A DNA stretch of 64,000 bases from contig NC_068991.1 of NCBI RefSeq assembly GCF_001194135.2, positions 74,288,810 through 74,352,809 on the forward strand. Direction: 5' to 3'. Positions 24,561 through 36,769 of the stretch are shown one piece after another. This stretch comes from Octopus bimaculoides (Eukaryota). The notes below the pieces were generated by a model. The model saw only the letters and a list, made by a program, of their open reading frames with translations. It was not told the DNA's origin and searched no databases. A program made the translations under genes and the position numbers. The stretch's first letter is position 1. Each line of letters begins with the position of its first letter.

Positions 24561-24779
24561 TATATATATATATATATGAAACTATCTTGCTATATTAATA
24601 AAGAAATAAAGAAATTGGTATGAGCCGGCAGATAGATGGGTGGATAATTAGATACGTAGATAGATTGACAGATAGATAGACGTAGGGAGCTAAATCAACT
24701 TGCAGATAGATAGACCCAAATGTGGACAGTTAAGGAGTGTATTGTTGAAGTCTTTGATAATCTACAGTGTGAAGGATAT

Positions 24780-24836
<57 letters not shown>

Positions 24837-25180
24837 CCTCTCTCTCTCTCTCCCTCTCTCTCTCTCTCTTTCTCTCTCTCACGTTGCATTGTATGTTTAA
24901 AGTTTCGTTCTATTTATATAGTTTTTGCTGTTAGGCCTCGGTGTTGTTCTAGTTATTGCTTGAGTAGTAATATATTTATTTCTCAAACAATATCAAGATT
25001 TGGACTGCAAATAAACAAGAGCATGGTTTAGAGCCGTGTAACCTAATATATGCAGTAATTAAATTTAAAAACAAACGTTTCATGCCACATATACAGTATA
25101 CGTCAGCTATTTGAGACCAAACATTCCGTTAAGAGCCATATGTGGCCCTAATTTTAACTAAATATCTTCTCTTTTTTCAG

Positions 25181-25222
25181 CCCCATCATAGAAACTTCCA
25201 ATCCAACGTAGACGATAAGAAG
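25181..25222 (+). CDS. candidate 42-nt internal coding microexon, PHHRNFQSNVDDKK (host gene unknown)
   Basis: Acceptor tatcttctcttttttcag with upstream ctaat/ttaac branch-like motifs, donor AAG|gtatgc; only frame 0 is open; length is a multiple of 3. Confidence 0.55.
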
Positions 25223-25967
25223 GTATGCCGTTCTCATCGCCTCAACCGTTAAACACTATAATTCTGAGGTTGAATACAGGATACTGTACGTTGAACGATA
25301 TTGCGCAGTAATCTCAGATTACTGGAAGCTGAATCAGAAGTCTGGTACTGTATATGACTCAAGAAGATCCTTTCATTTTTAATTCATTGAAGAGTGTAAG
25401 GAAAGGTTTGCCCCGAGCTAAGGTCACGCATATATAATTTATATCACTTATGAGTAGAAGTTGAATCCGCATTCCTTCAGTGTATAGACGTAATGTCGTT
25501 GCTCCTAATTATTCAGAATTCATACGAACATTTTTTTATCGAGCAGTTCAGTGAAAATACTCACTAAGAATATTTATAATGTACTCGATGGAATACATGT
25601 ATCTTCGTCTTCCTACTCTGTCCGTTTGTCTTTCTCTTTCTCAGTTTATCTATCTAGATATATGGATGGGTAAAATAGATAGAGAGTAAATTTGTGTGTG
25701 TGTGTGTGTGTGTGTATAATTTACTTTTCCTTCTTGGTAAGATAAACAGAAAAAGTATTCCCTCCAAGTAAATATCACTTAATGTACACAATAACGAGCT
25801 GCTAATAGTTTCATGCACTGGTGATGTAATCTAGGCACGTTTTTAATAACACGCCTTTGGGCCTCCAAGCAATCTCCGGGCTCTGAGCACACGCAATTTA
25901 CAAATCATTAAATGATATTTATCTCACTTTTTTTGTCGATCTTACATTAACGGAAAAGTAAACAATA

Positions 25968-26360
25968 CACAATAGAACTCCGCAGTACGAGTTCTCCATT
26001 GTACGAGTAATTTGTTGTACGAGCCAAGACTCGTGCGAATTTTTGTGTTGAAGTACGAGCGGAAATCCGCAGTACGAGCACACAAATCATCCTGTCTTTA
26101 AGGTAATTCAGTTAATAAAACCAGTTTACATATTTCTTTTGCATTCTCTTTTTTTTTTTATAATTGCCATTTTACTTATAATTACAACTTTTCTGTTTTA
26201 AAACCAGTAAAAAATTATTTTTAAATGGTTTTGCGCGGCTGGAACGGATTAATTAAATGTTAGTTAATTTCAAAAGGGGAAGATTGATTTGTAAAACGAG
26301 TAAATCGTATGACGAGCTTGGTCATAGAACAAATTAAACTCGTACTGCGAGGTATCGCTG
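25968..26360. mobile_element. pogo/Tigger-type MITE
   Basis: Imperfect TIRs ...ctccgcagtacgagtt / aactcgtactgcgaggtatcgctg, TA on both sides, repeated gtacgag subterminal motifs. Confidence 0.7.
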
Positions 26361-26492
26361 TACCTCCAGCGCGTGAGTTTCTACTGTAAATTCACAATCT
26401 TCATTTGCTAAGCATGATAGCTACGTTAAGATGAGTGACAATAAAGTTTCCTCCAATTTGCACACGATTATTTATACCATGATTATGGTTTT

Positions 26493-26609
26493 ATGGATTA
26501 TTCTGCTAAAAATACACCAACACCAGCGAATAACCTATACCTCAGGATGCTTTTCAAGAAAGTTGAAGACCTCGTGAGACGGATGAGATGGAAGGCCTTA
26601 TATTTTGAT
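26493..26609 (+). mobile_element. Penelope-like retroelement ORF, N-terminal fragment
   Basis: MDYSAKNTPTP...YLRMLFKKVEDLVRRMRWKALYF matches the PLE N-terminal pattern YS.KNIP.P...K.E....R(M/L)RWKA.FF. Confidence 0.7.
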
Positions 26610-26815
26610 TGTTCGTTTTTTACTTTTCCACACTCTTCAAATTTTTGTATCCGCTTTCTCGTTTTTTTCCTTTTCTCGTGATTTCTTGTGTTCTGTTGTT
26701 CTGATCAGTAAATTCTTCAAATCCAGGGGATTGCTTGGAGGCACAATGCATAAAATTATTGGTAGCTCATAACTGTATGCATTAAATGATACAAATCTCT
26801 TTCTCTCCTTCTCTC

Positions 26816-26852
<37 letters not shown>

Positions 26853-26853
<1 letters not shown>

Positions 26854-26939
26854 TCTTTGGTCGGCCGGAGGCTATATTAGAAGATACTTGCCCAAGGTGC
26901 CTGCCACGCAGTGGGACCGAACCCGGAACCATGTGATTG
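26853..26939 (-). mobile_element. SINE family A head fragment, cut by a gap
   Basis: tttggtcggcc...cttgcccaaggtg...gaacccggaaccatgtg. Confidence 0.8.
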
Positions 26940-27477
26940 NNNNNNNNNNNNNNNNNNNNNNNNNNNNNNNNNNNNNNNNNNNNNNNNNNNNNNNNNNNNN
27001 NNNNNNNNNNNNNNNNNNNNNNNNNNNNNNNNNNNNNNNNNNNNNNNNNNNNNNNNNNNNNNNNNNNNNNNNNNNNNNNNNNNNNNNNNNNNNNNNNNNN
27101 NNNNNNNNNNNNNNNNNNNNNNNNNNNNNNNNNNNNNNNNNNNNNNNNNNNNNNNNNNNNNNNNNNNNNNNNNNNNNNNNNNNNNNNNNNNNNNNNNNNN
27201 NNNNNNNNNNNNNNNNNNNNNNNNNNNNNNNNNNNNNNNNNNNNNNNNNNNNNNNNNNNNNNNNNNNNNNNNNNNNNNNNNNNNNNNNNNNNNNNNNNNN
27301 NNNNNNNNNNNNNNNNNNNNNNNNNNNNNNNNNNNNNNNNNNNNNNNNNNNNNNNNNNTATATATATATGTATATATATTGATAGGAAGGACAACAAAAG
27401 AAAAGAAAGAAAGAGACCTCGATAGGTGTATATATATATTTACATACATATGTATATATTATATACTGTACACGAAG

Positions 27478-27688
27478 GGCAGTGAGCTGGCAGAAACGTT
27501 AGCACGCCGGGCGAAATGCTTAGCAGCATTTCGTCTGTCTTTATGTTCTGAGTTCAAATTCCACCGAGGTCGACTTTGCTTTTCATCATTTCGGCGTTCA
27601 TAAATTAAGTACCAGTTGCGTACTGCGGTCGATTTAATCGACTAGCCCCTCCCCTCCAAATTTCGGGCCTTGTGCCTAGAGTAGAAAA
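27478..27688 (+). mobile_element. SINE family B, well-preserved copy
   Basis: Head gagctggcagaaacgttagc, internal hairpin cgaaatgct/agcatttcg, gagttcaaattcc B-box, core, tail gtagaaa. Confidence 0.92.
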
Positions 27689-28208
27689 ATATATATTGTA
27701 CATGTGTGATTGAAACATTGAGCGATTGTCTCAGTTTACTGAAAGCAGTAACAGACGAGACGAAAATGTTGAATCGTGCAACTACTGAACTTTAGCACTA
27801 GTTTCATGATTTATCCCAAGGTTGTCTTAGCAATGCATATTGATTATGCTGCATAGAAACACAATGCATTGCTGACATTTTAGGATCACCAGTCTGTTAG
27901 CAAAAATTAAAAGGAAGTATGTTAAGGTTAAACGGAAAACAATGAGAAGATTGTAAAACCTCAGAATATGTTCTCAATAACTCGCATTCATAGACATACA
28001 CACATCACATAAACACACACATATATATATATATGTATACATGCACATGTTAATGGCATGTTCGGTTAATTTGGGTAATTGATAATACTTGCCCATGCAT
28101 AGCAACGCTAGCATTAGACTAAATGCAAAAAGATTATCTCACACAAGATGACCCCCTCCCTCCTCTCTCTCTCTCTCTCTCACATGCACATACACACCCA
28201 TATATATA

Positions 28209-28260
<52 letters not shown>

Positions 28261-28343
28261 CGCACGCACACATGCACACATATTTTTACATGTGTCATTA
28301 CAGACTGATCTTTCTCAAGCATGATGAGCATAAATATATACGT

Positions 28344-28392
<49 letters not shown>

Positions 28393-29319
28393 NNNNNNNN
28401 NNNNNNNNNNNNNNNNNNNNNNNNNNNNNNNNNNNNNNNNNNNNNNNNNNNNNNNNNNNNNNNNNNNNNNNNNNNNNNNNNNNNNNNNNNNNNNNNNNNN
28501 NNNNNNNNNNNNNNNNNNNNNNNNNNNNNNNNNNNNNNNNNNNNNNNNNNNNNNNNNNNNNNNNNNNNNNNNNNNNNNNNNNNNNNNNNNNNNNNNNNNN
28601 NNNNNNNNNNNNNNNNNNNNNNNNNNNNNNNNNNNNNNNNNNNNNNNNNNNNNNNNNNNNNNNNNNNNNNNNNNNNNNNNNNNNNNNNNNNNNNNNNNNN
28701 NNNNNNNNNNNNNNNNNNNNNNNNNNNNNNNNNNNNNNNNNNNNNNNNNNNNNNNNNNNNNNNNNNNNNNNNNNNNNNNNNNNNNNNNNNNNNNNNNNNN
28801 NNNNNNNNNNNNNNNNNNNNNNNNNNNNNNNNNNNNNNNNNNNNNNNNNNNNNNNNNNNNNNNNNNNNNNNNNNNNNNNNNNNNNNNNNNNNNNNNNNNN
28901 NNNNNNNNNNNNNNNNNNNNNNNNNNNNNNNNNNNNNNNNNNNNNNNNNNNNNNNNNNNNNNNNNNNNGATCTATATATATACATATATATATACATATA
29001 TATATAAATAAATATATATATGTGTGTATGTGTATGCACATATACGTATACATGCATATTTATGCTTCATGCTTGAGAATGAGGTGTCTGTAACGAACCT
29101 TCTTCCCAAAATAACAACAGTAACAACAAAAACAAAACCAAGTGCAACAACAACAACAACACGAACAACAAACCGGACTGAAAGACATATGGTTACGGCT
29201 CAGACAATCGGCTGTTGTACAGATAAATAACTACGTTGGTATGGAATGTTAGCGTCTCGTCAATGTAAAATATATTAAGGCTGACAGGGTATAACAGACG
29301 GATGAGGGAGATGGATGAT

Positions 29320-29458
29320 TGGTGGTTGGTCGGTTGGTCGGTTGGTCGGTTGGTCGGTTGGTTGGCTGGTTGGTAGGGGTAATGGGAGCGGTTGGGTGTG
29401 GTGGCTGTGACCATAATAACGAAGATAGAGACAAGGGGGTAGGGATGACGACAACGAT

Positions 29459-29498
<40 letters not shown>

Positions 29499-29740
29499 CA
29501 TGATGATGATGGTGTGGTGCTGATGATGGCGATGATGATGATGATGGTGTGGTGATGACGATGGCGATGATGATGATGATGGTGTGGTGATGATGATGAT
29601 GATGATAATAGTGGTGGTGGTAGTGGTAGAAATGGGGGAGGTAATTACATACTGATGGCGATGATGACGATGACGACGATGATGATGATGGTGAACAGGA
29701 GGAGGAATAGGATAAAGGTGATGGTGATGGGGAGGTGCAG
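29320..29740. repeat. TTGG-type and (GAT)n repeats
   Basis: Direct reading. Confidence 0.9.
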
Positions 29741-30163
29741 TGAGGCGGCGTTCTGTCCGGGCATTAAATTCTTTTCATCAATGGCTAATTATAAACATGA
29801 AGTATCTATTTCTTAGTCCACATCTCTGTCTATCACATCTCTGCTTGTTTGCCACTACACACGCACGCGCGCACTATATGCATATATATGCATATATATA
29901 TATATATATATATANNNNNNNNNNNNNNNNNNNNNNNNNNNNNNNNNNNNNNNNNNNNNNNNNNNNNNNNNNNNNNNNNNNNNNNNNNNNNNNNNNNNNN
30001 NNNNNNNNNNNNNNNNNNNNNNNNNNNNNNNNNNNNNNNNNNNNNNNNNNNNNNNNNNNNNNNNNNNNNNNNNNNNNNNNNNNNNNNNNNNNNNNNNNNN
30101 NNNNNNNNNNNNNNNNNNNNNNNNNTATATCTGTGTGTGTGTATGCATATATATGTATGTATT

Positions 30164-30242
30164 ACTATAGCCTCGGGCCGACCAAAGCCTTGTGAGTGGA
30201 TTTGGTAGACGGAAACTGAAAGAAGCCCGGTGTATATATGTA

Positions 30243-30275
<33 letters not shown>

Positions 30276-30455
30276 TTGTGTGTCTGTGTTTGTCCTCCCC
30301 ACAACATCGCTTGACGACCGATGGTGGTGTGCTTACGTCCCCGTAACTTAATGGTTCGGCGAAAGAGACCGATAGAATAAGTCCTGGGGTCGATTTGCTC
30401 GACCAAAGGCGGTGCTCCAGCATGGCCGCTGTCAAATGACTGAAACAAGTAAAGG
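30164..30455 (+). mobile_element. SINE family A, with head lost in the upstream gap
   Basis: actatagcctcgggccgaccaaagcc...internal TG tract...gtcaaatgactgaaacaagtaaa. Confidence 0.88.
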
Positions 30456-30633
30456 ATAGAGTAACTGTTAAAGTCTTTCTGATGGGCTTTTACACTATTC
30501 CTGTCTCCCTAATTTCACTCACAAGTAGTGGTCGATCCGTGACTATGGAAAGAAAAAAAAAATGGCCAAAAATGATAAATAGTAAGATTGAACCCGAAAC
30601 ATCTGAATTGTAAAGCGAACTTCTTGTTGACCT

Positions 30634-31523
30634 GGGGTCTTATCGGTTGCTGTCACAAATTTGGAAATTTTAAAATTAAGTGAACTGTTTTTCAAATTTG
30701 GTATATTGGTGTAATGTTTCGCTCTAAATCCTCATTTGGTATTTTTTTTTTTAATCCCAGAAAAATTTTGAAATATGTTGTTGGTATTCAAAGTTTGATA
30801 ACTTTTAGTCGAATCAGAAAACAAGAATCGGAAACCGGAATTTTCTGCGTGATAGCTGTCTGTTCACCAAATGCTAGGCAGAAATAACAAAATGGCATCG
30901 CTCGTCAAAACTTGTGGTGGTGGTTGCGTTGGTGAGAGTGACACATTAGCGCAGCATACATCATCCATGTTACAATAAAAACATGGTAGACTACAGCTTT
31001 ACTGGTCTCGCAACCATCGGAGCGCGAACCGCCCCTCACGAACACAAGTTCGTGTTGATGGTTGTGATATATAAAAAGTTTTGAATAGGAATCGGAAAGA
31101 GAAGCATGAACACGCAATGCGCATGTGCAGACTGAATTCATAAAACGAAAGAGAAGAATAAAAATGCAATGTGCATGTCAATGTAAAACGGAAGAAGAAA
31201 ATAAAACAAGTTACACAATGGTCTGCACGCTACGTCTGACACATCTATCGCGCAGTCTTGATGCAATTTTCTTGTTACTATGGAAACAGATACCAATGTG
31301 AGACTCACGGTCATGTGTAAAATGATGATTTTCGATTGGCTAAAATTACGCAAAATTTGCAAACTTTATTTCTGTATTCATTTATTTATTTATAACCAAA
31401 ATGAATTTTCTTTTCGTAATTAGCATACACAACTAAATCGTTATTACCACATTCGAAAACAATTGGAAGAAAATTTGAAATACTTTCGAAATTCGAAATC
31501 TGTAACAACAACCGAAAAGAACC
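30634..31523. mobile_element. about 890-bp non-autonomous DNA transposon with about 28-bp TIRs
   Basis: gggtcttatcggttgctgtcacaaattt versus the reverse complement of aaatctgtaacaacaaccgaaaagaacc; no clear TSD, superfamily unassigned. Confidence 0.6.
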
Positions 31524-32251
31524 ATCATCTGGCCATGCTGCATCCATCTTTAACCATTCTTTACATTCAAAGAGGTTTATTTCATGAAGAAATCAGAAAA
31601 AAAAAAAGAATAAAGAGAAGGTAGCTCACAATAAAATGGTAGTCGATGCGTGACATCACATAACGTGACATGTGACGTCAAAAGGGTCGGACAGTTAGAT
31701 ATGTTAGTGACTAACCAATTATTTTTCAACTTCCCCTAAGTAGGAATTTATAATTATGTTGGCAGACGATGCTTATTCGATGATTGTACCCGCACGGAAA
31801 AATTGTTGAACTTTACATAATCTTGAATCGTCTTTTGGAGTAAGAATAAAAGTAATGGATAAAGAAATAAATTAATAAAGAAAGGAAGAAAGACACAAGG
31901 TGACACACCAAGAGGACGTGGTTCTTTTAGGCAGTGCTGCCCTCTTCCGAAACGCACCAAGATTAATTGCTAAGATGTTTATCTTTTCTAATGTAAGTTA
32001 GGTTTGCATAGGAAGTGTGTGTACAGTATGCTTCCTCTCATAAAGGAATAACTATGATTTAGTATATATGTACGTATGTAAATGTACTACGTGTCCCTAA
32101 AGTTGAGAATATTTTCGAATTCAGACACTTATATAAATAATGTTTTTACGAATGTCACATCTCGTTCTGTATATACTTGCCTTGGTTATTACAGGAGAGC
32201 ATACACGTATGTATATACGTATATATATATGTGTGCGTATGCATGTATGTA

Positions 32252-32288
<37 letters not shown>

Positions 32289-32579
32289 AGTTAAGTAGTA
32301 AACCTTACATCAAAGCTTCAGGTCAATAGTTTATAGCTGTTCTTTACATTACTTCAATGTTGTTTCCTAAAGACACACCACACACACACACACACACATA
32401 TGTATATACACATGCATACAGTGGTGAGAACATATCGTTGACATACTGAAGTCTGACTCCGTTTATCTCAACGTATTCGACAAAAAGTCATCGTCCTATT
32501 TTAGCAATTTCTGCAGTGCAAATATAAATTCTCTAGAAATTGGCGTTTCTCAAACTTATACGGAATTTCTCAGTGCCAC

Positions 32580-32710
32580 CCGACCCCAAAAAGACGAGAG
32601 GTAAAGTTTACCTCAATGGGATTTGAGCTCAATGTGCAGAGAGGCAGATCAAATACAACTAAATATTCTTTCTATCCGATACTCTATCGTTTCTGCCAAT
32701 TCATCTCTTT
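32580..32710 (-). mobile_element. degenerate SINE family B
   Basis: Reverse complement contains ttggcagaaacgatag...gagctcaaatccc...ggggtcggg. Confidence 0.55.
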
Positions 32711-32804
32711 TATAGAGGAAGAAGCTCGTTTGGCAATTATTCTCTTTCTTATTCATCTGTCTTTCTTTTTCTTTCCATTTTTTGAGATTTTTTTCTTTGT
32801 TTCA

Positions 32805-32985
32805 TGCCTTGGAACGAGGCATCACCTTGAAGGCTCGAAGAAATCGTCCGTCGTATTTATTTTCAAAGCTTGATACTTATTCTGTCGGCATCTTTTGCCG
32901 AACCGCTTATTTACGTCGACGTAAGCATGCCAACACCGGTTCTCAAGCAGTGATCATGGGGAGACAAGCACAACCACAAAGATGC
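32805..32985 (-). mobile_element. SINE family A 3' half, degenerate
   Basis: ttattctgtcggcatcttttgccgaaccgct. Confidence 0.7.
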
Positions 32986-33192
32986 ACACCCAAACACACA
33001 CACACACACACACACGCACACACACACACACACACACACATACATACACACACACACACATATTAGAAGGTTGATTATTGTGGCCGGTCATAGAGCCACC
33101 ATTGGTTTCGCATCTACAAACCACTTAGCTCTATAGGTGACTCGTTAGACTCAAACGGCTACATACACTTATTCACACACACACAAACAAAC

Positions 33193-33224
<32 letters not shown>

Positions 33225-33372
33225 GCACCCATGTATGCATGTGTGGATAGATAGATAGAAAGATAGATACATAGATACATAGATACCTCGCATTAGGTAC
33301 TAAATGTGGTTATTTTGAGAAGTCCACTGTGTGGCGTTATTATTTTTCTGTAATAATGCCCTTTATATAAAT

Positions 33373-33423
<51 letters not shown>

Positions 33424-33765
33424 TCCAGTCATTTATTTATCTGTCACTTCTATATTTATAAACACTTTTCCTCTTCTCTCTCTCCCTCTCTCCCCCTCTC
33501 CCTCTCCCTCCTCTCTCTCATTCTCTCATCGTTGTCGTAGTAATGGTAGCGATGGCGTTGATAGCACTGTTCGTATTTTTGATTTTGGTGGTTCTTCCAG
33601 TGTGTCACGAATGTTGCACAGAAGTAAAGCTACAAAGAACAAACGATGACAGCGCTTGTTCCTGACAGTGTGCTTCTATCTGTAATCCCTTTATAGAACT
33701 ACATCATATGATGGCGGCCACGTCAGCAGATATAATTCTTTATAATCATTTTGCGAATCGTGGTA

Positions 33766-34150
33766 GTTGTTGTTGGCACTCCGTCGCTTACGACGTCGAG
33801 GGTTCCAGTTGATCCGATCAACGGAACAGCCGGCTCGTGAAATTAACGTGCAAGTGGCTGAGCACTCCACAGACACGTGTACCCTTAACGTAGTTCTCGG
33901 GGTATATTCAGCGTGACACAGTGTGACAAGGCTGACCCTTTGAATTACAGACACAACAGAAACAGGAAGTAAGAGTGAGAGAAAGTTGTGGTGAAAGAGT
34001 ACAGTAGGGTTCGCCACCATCCCCTGCCGGAGCCTCGTGGAGCTTTAGGTGTTTTCGCTCAATAAAAACTCACAACGCCCGGTCTGGGAATCGAAACCGT
34101 GATCCTATGACCGCGAGTCCGCTGCCTTAACCACTGGGCCATTGCGCCTC
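33766..34150 (-). mobile_element. SINE family C, full length
   Basis: Head gaggcgcaatggcccagtggttaaggcagcgg (A-box) with ggtttcgattccc (B-box), (CAA)n tail; homologous to 39858-40244. Confidence 0.92.
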
Positions 34151-34329
34151 CACCGTGGTAGTTACGCCAGTAATAATTCTCCTCGTCGTGTATTTCTACA
34201 AAGAAATGTCCTGTTTGCTATTTTTTGTGTTCTCTGTTCTGTCTCACGTCACAAATTCTTCTCTTCAGACACAATACTCGATATGCATTGTGTCTAAACA
34301 AACCGGACCAAACTTTCAAACTGTCGGAT

Positions 34330-34560
34330 CTCGTTAAATTGATTCACAAAACGAGCCCAATTTAATTTTGCTCAGATTGCTTTCAATTTTGGTGTATCGA
34401 TGCAACTCTGAATTTTGATTACGATCAGCCAATTACTTTATCTCGTAAATTAAAGAATCTGATGTCATTTGGAATTAAAGTTGGGAAATTTGGGTAATTT
34501 TAGCCAATCAACAGACAGCGAGGCATTAACAGCTTGTTACCATGACAACCGCACGTTGTG
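34330..34560. mobile_element. fragment of a non-autonomous DNA element related to 30634-31523 and 60670-61060
   Basis: Shared ggtaattttagccaatc and gttaccatgacaac motifs. Confidence 0.4.
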
Positions 34561-34588
34561 TTGTGTTTCACTTCACGCGCGTCTGTGC

Positions 34589-34640
<52 letters not shown>

Positions 34641-35125
34641 TGCGGGCGTGTATGTACGTGTATGTATCTATGTGTGCATGTATGTGTGGGTGTTGCGTGT
34701 GAGGAGGTATATGTGCGTTCGTGTTTGTGCGTGTGTTTGTGCGTTCGTGTTTGTGCGTGTGTTTGTGCGTTCGTGTGTATGTGTGCGTGTGTATGTGTGC
34801 ATGTGTATGTGTGTAAATGCGTGTGCACACATACACACACAAACAAACAAAAACACACCCACACAATACACACAGAGGTACACATAGATATAGATGTGTG
34901 TCCATCGCGTACCAAAAGCTCGAAGGAATGTGTTTACATATTTCTCTCACGGCCAGATTTTCTAGTATTTATATACATACATACATACATACATACATAC
35001 GCACATACAAGCATGCATCTGTATCTATATATGTACGCATAAATGTATGTCTAATATTCAAGCACACACACATACACACATACACATATTATTCACACAT
35101 ATATATACATATAAATTATATATAA

Positions 35126-35201
<76 letters not shown>

Positions 35202-35236
35202 AATATATGTATATGTTTTGTACACACACACACATA

Positions 35237-35282
<46 letters not shown>

Positions 35283-35965
35283 TATATATGCGTGCGTGTG
35301 TGTGTGTACAAAACGTATGTATTTATTAGTTCGTCACATGTTTTACTATAAGATAACTGACACAGAAAGTTTCCTAAATCTCTCTTTTACTCTTATCTCC
35401 ACCCGAAAGCGGTAAATAAGCTAATCATAACAAGCGCAGGTTGATAATATCTCCAAATTTGAAGCATGACGTCACTAAATTTAGCCTCAGCTTTCTGCTC
35501 CCGTTCACTTCACTTAAATATTTCATAAACACATTTTATATTAATGTGTTTATGAAATATTTCTTTTGCTTTTTCTTCTCTCTCTCCCTCTCTCTCTTCT
35601 CAGTCTCTCTCCCCGGTTCCCATACTTTATCGTTACCACATTTCTGTACTGGCCACCATACTAGTGAGCCCGAGGAATTGATGTCCGCCATAGTTTTCGT
35701 TTTCCTACACTTTCGTATTAATAATTTTGCATTACGACATGCGTTAAGCCTCCCGATTTTTCCTTGATGTCCCATCTTTCTCTTCAAAATAACTGAATTT
35801 TTCACCAGATGCTATAAGTTTCATTTGATGGGGCCAACGTAAACGTACTCAACGTAAACGGTCATTGCTAAGCTGTCTGGTTAGAAAATTCGTTTATGAT
35901 AATATGGAAATGTTATTAAGGTGTTTTGACCAATTAGAGCGTTTATTCATTATACCTTTCAATAC

Positions 35966-36000
<35 letters not shown>

Positions 36001-36032
36001 GTGTGTGTGTGTGTATGTGTGTATATATGTTT

Positions 36033-36225
36033 GTGTGTCTGTGTTTGTTCCTCCATCATCGCTTGACAACCGATGTTTGTGTGTTTACGTTCCCGTAATT
36101 TAGCGGTTCGGCAAAAGACACCGATAGAATAAGCACTAGGCTTACAAAGAATAAACCCTGGGGGTCGATTTGCTCGACTAAAGGTGGTGCTCCAGCATGG
36201 TCGCAGTCAAATGACTGAAACAAAT

Positions 36226-36229
<4 letters not shown>
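36033..36229 (+). mobile_element. SINE family A, 3' half
   Basis: atcgcttgacaaccgatg...ggggtcgatttgctcgactaaagg...aatgactgaaac. Confidence 0.88.
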
Positions 36230-36256
<27 letters not shown>

Positions 36257-36429
36257 GTGTGTGTGTGTGAGAGAGAGGGGGGGGGGAAGAGAGAAAGAAA
36301 TAAAAGAATGAGAGAGAGTGATAAAGAGAGAAAGATTTTGATGGACTTACTGATGAATTTGCAAAACTAAAACGAAATATGTCTTGGTCAGGAGTGACCA
36401 GTAAGAAGCTATTCAGCCGCTATCAATTT

Positions 36430-36715
36430 CATGCTGTCCAACCAAAATTTGGAATCCTCCATCCTTCTTGTGTTCTTCTATATGGAGGATAGTCATTTTC
36501 ACCAGTTTAAATTTCCTTCACAAATGGTCTTGGAAACCGTTTGGCACATTTCGTGTCTTCTATGTTTGGTGAATTCATGTTACGGGATCCATGGGGTCAC
36601 TGTAACACACAAGCCACTATAGTCCACTACAGGGCTCTACGAGAACCATGACCCATTTGGCTTTTAACAATATTGAATTGTTTGTAAGTGTCTGTAAGTT
36701 CGACTTTTCAGCCCA
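36430..36715 (-). mobile_element. Helitron Rep fragment (region after motif 2)
   Basis: AEKSNLQT...FNIVKSQMGHG...HGSRNMNSPNIEDTKCAKRFPRPFVKEI*TGENDYPPYRR versus Helitron SAEIP...IV...MIHGPCG..N.NSPCM.DGKC.KRFP..F..ET.TG.DGYP.YRR. Confidence 0.85.
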
Positions 36716-36769
36716 TATATATATATTGATATTCATGATATCTCACGACCAGTGTTTTGTATCTAAAAA

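Noticed and set aside
31931-31992. Possible 62-nt exon (ag...AAT|gtaagt)
   Set aside because: Short pyrimidine tract, weak exonic donor context and no recognisable peptide.
36350-36380. CTGATGAA...CGAAAT hammerhead-like spacing
   Set aside because: No stem II or stem I pairing, and GAAAT instead of GAAAC.
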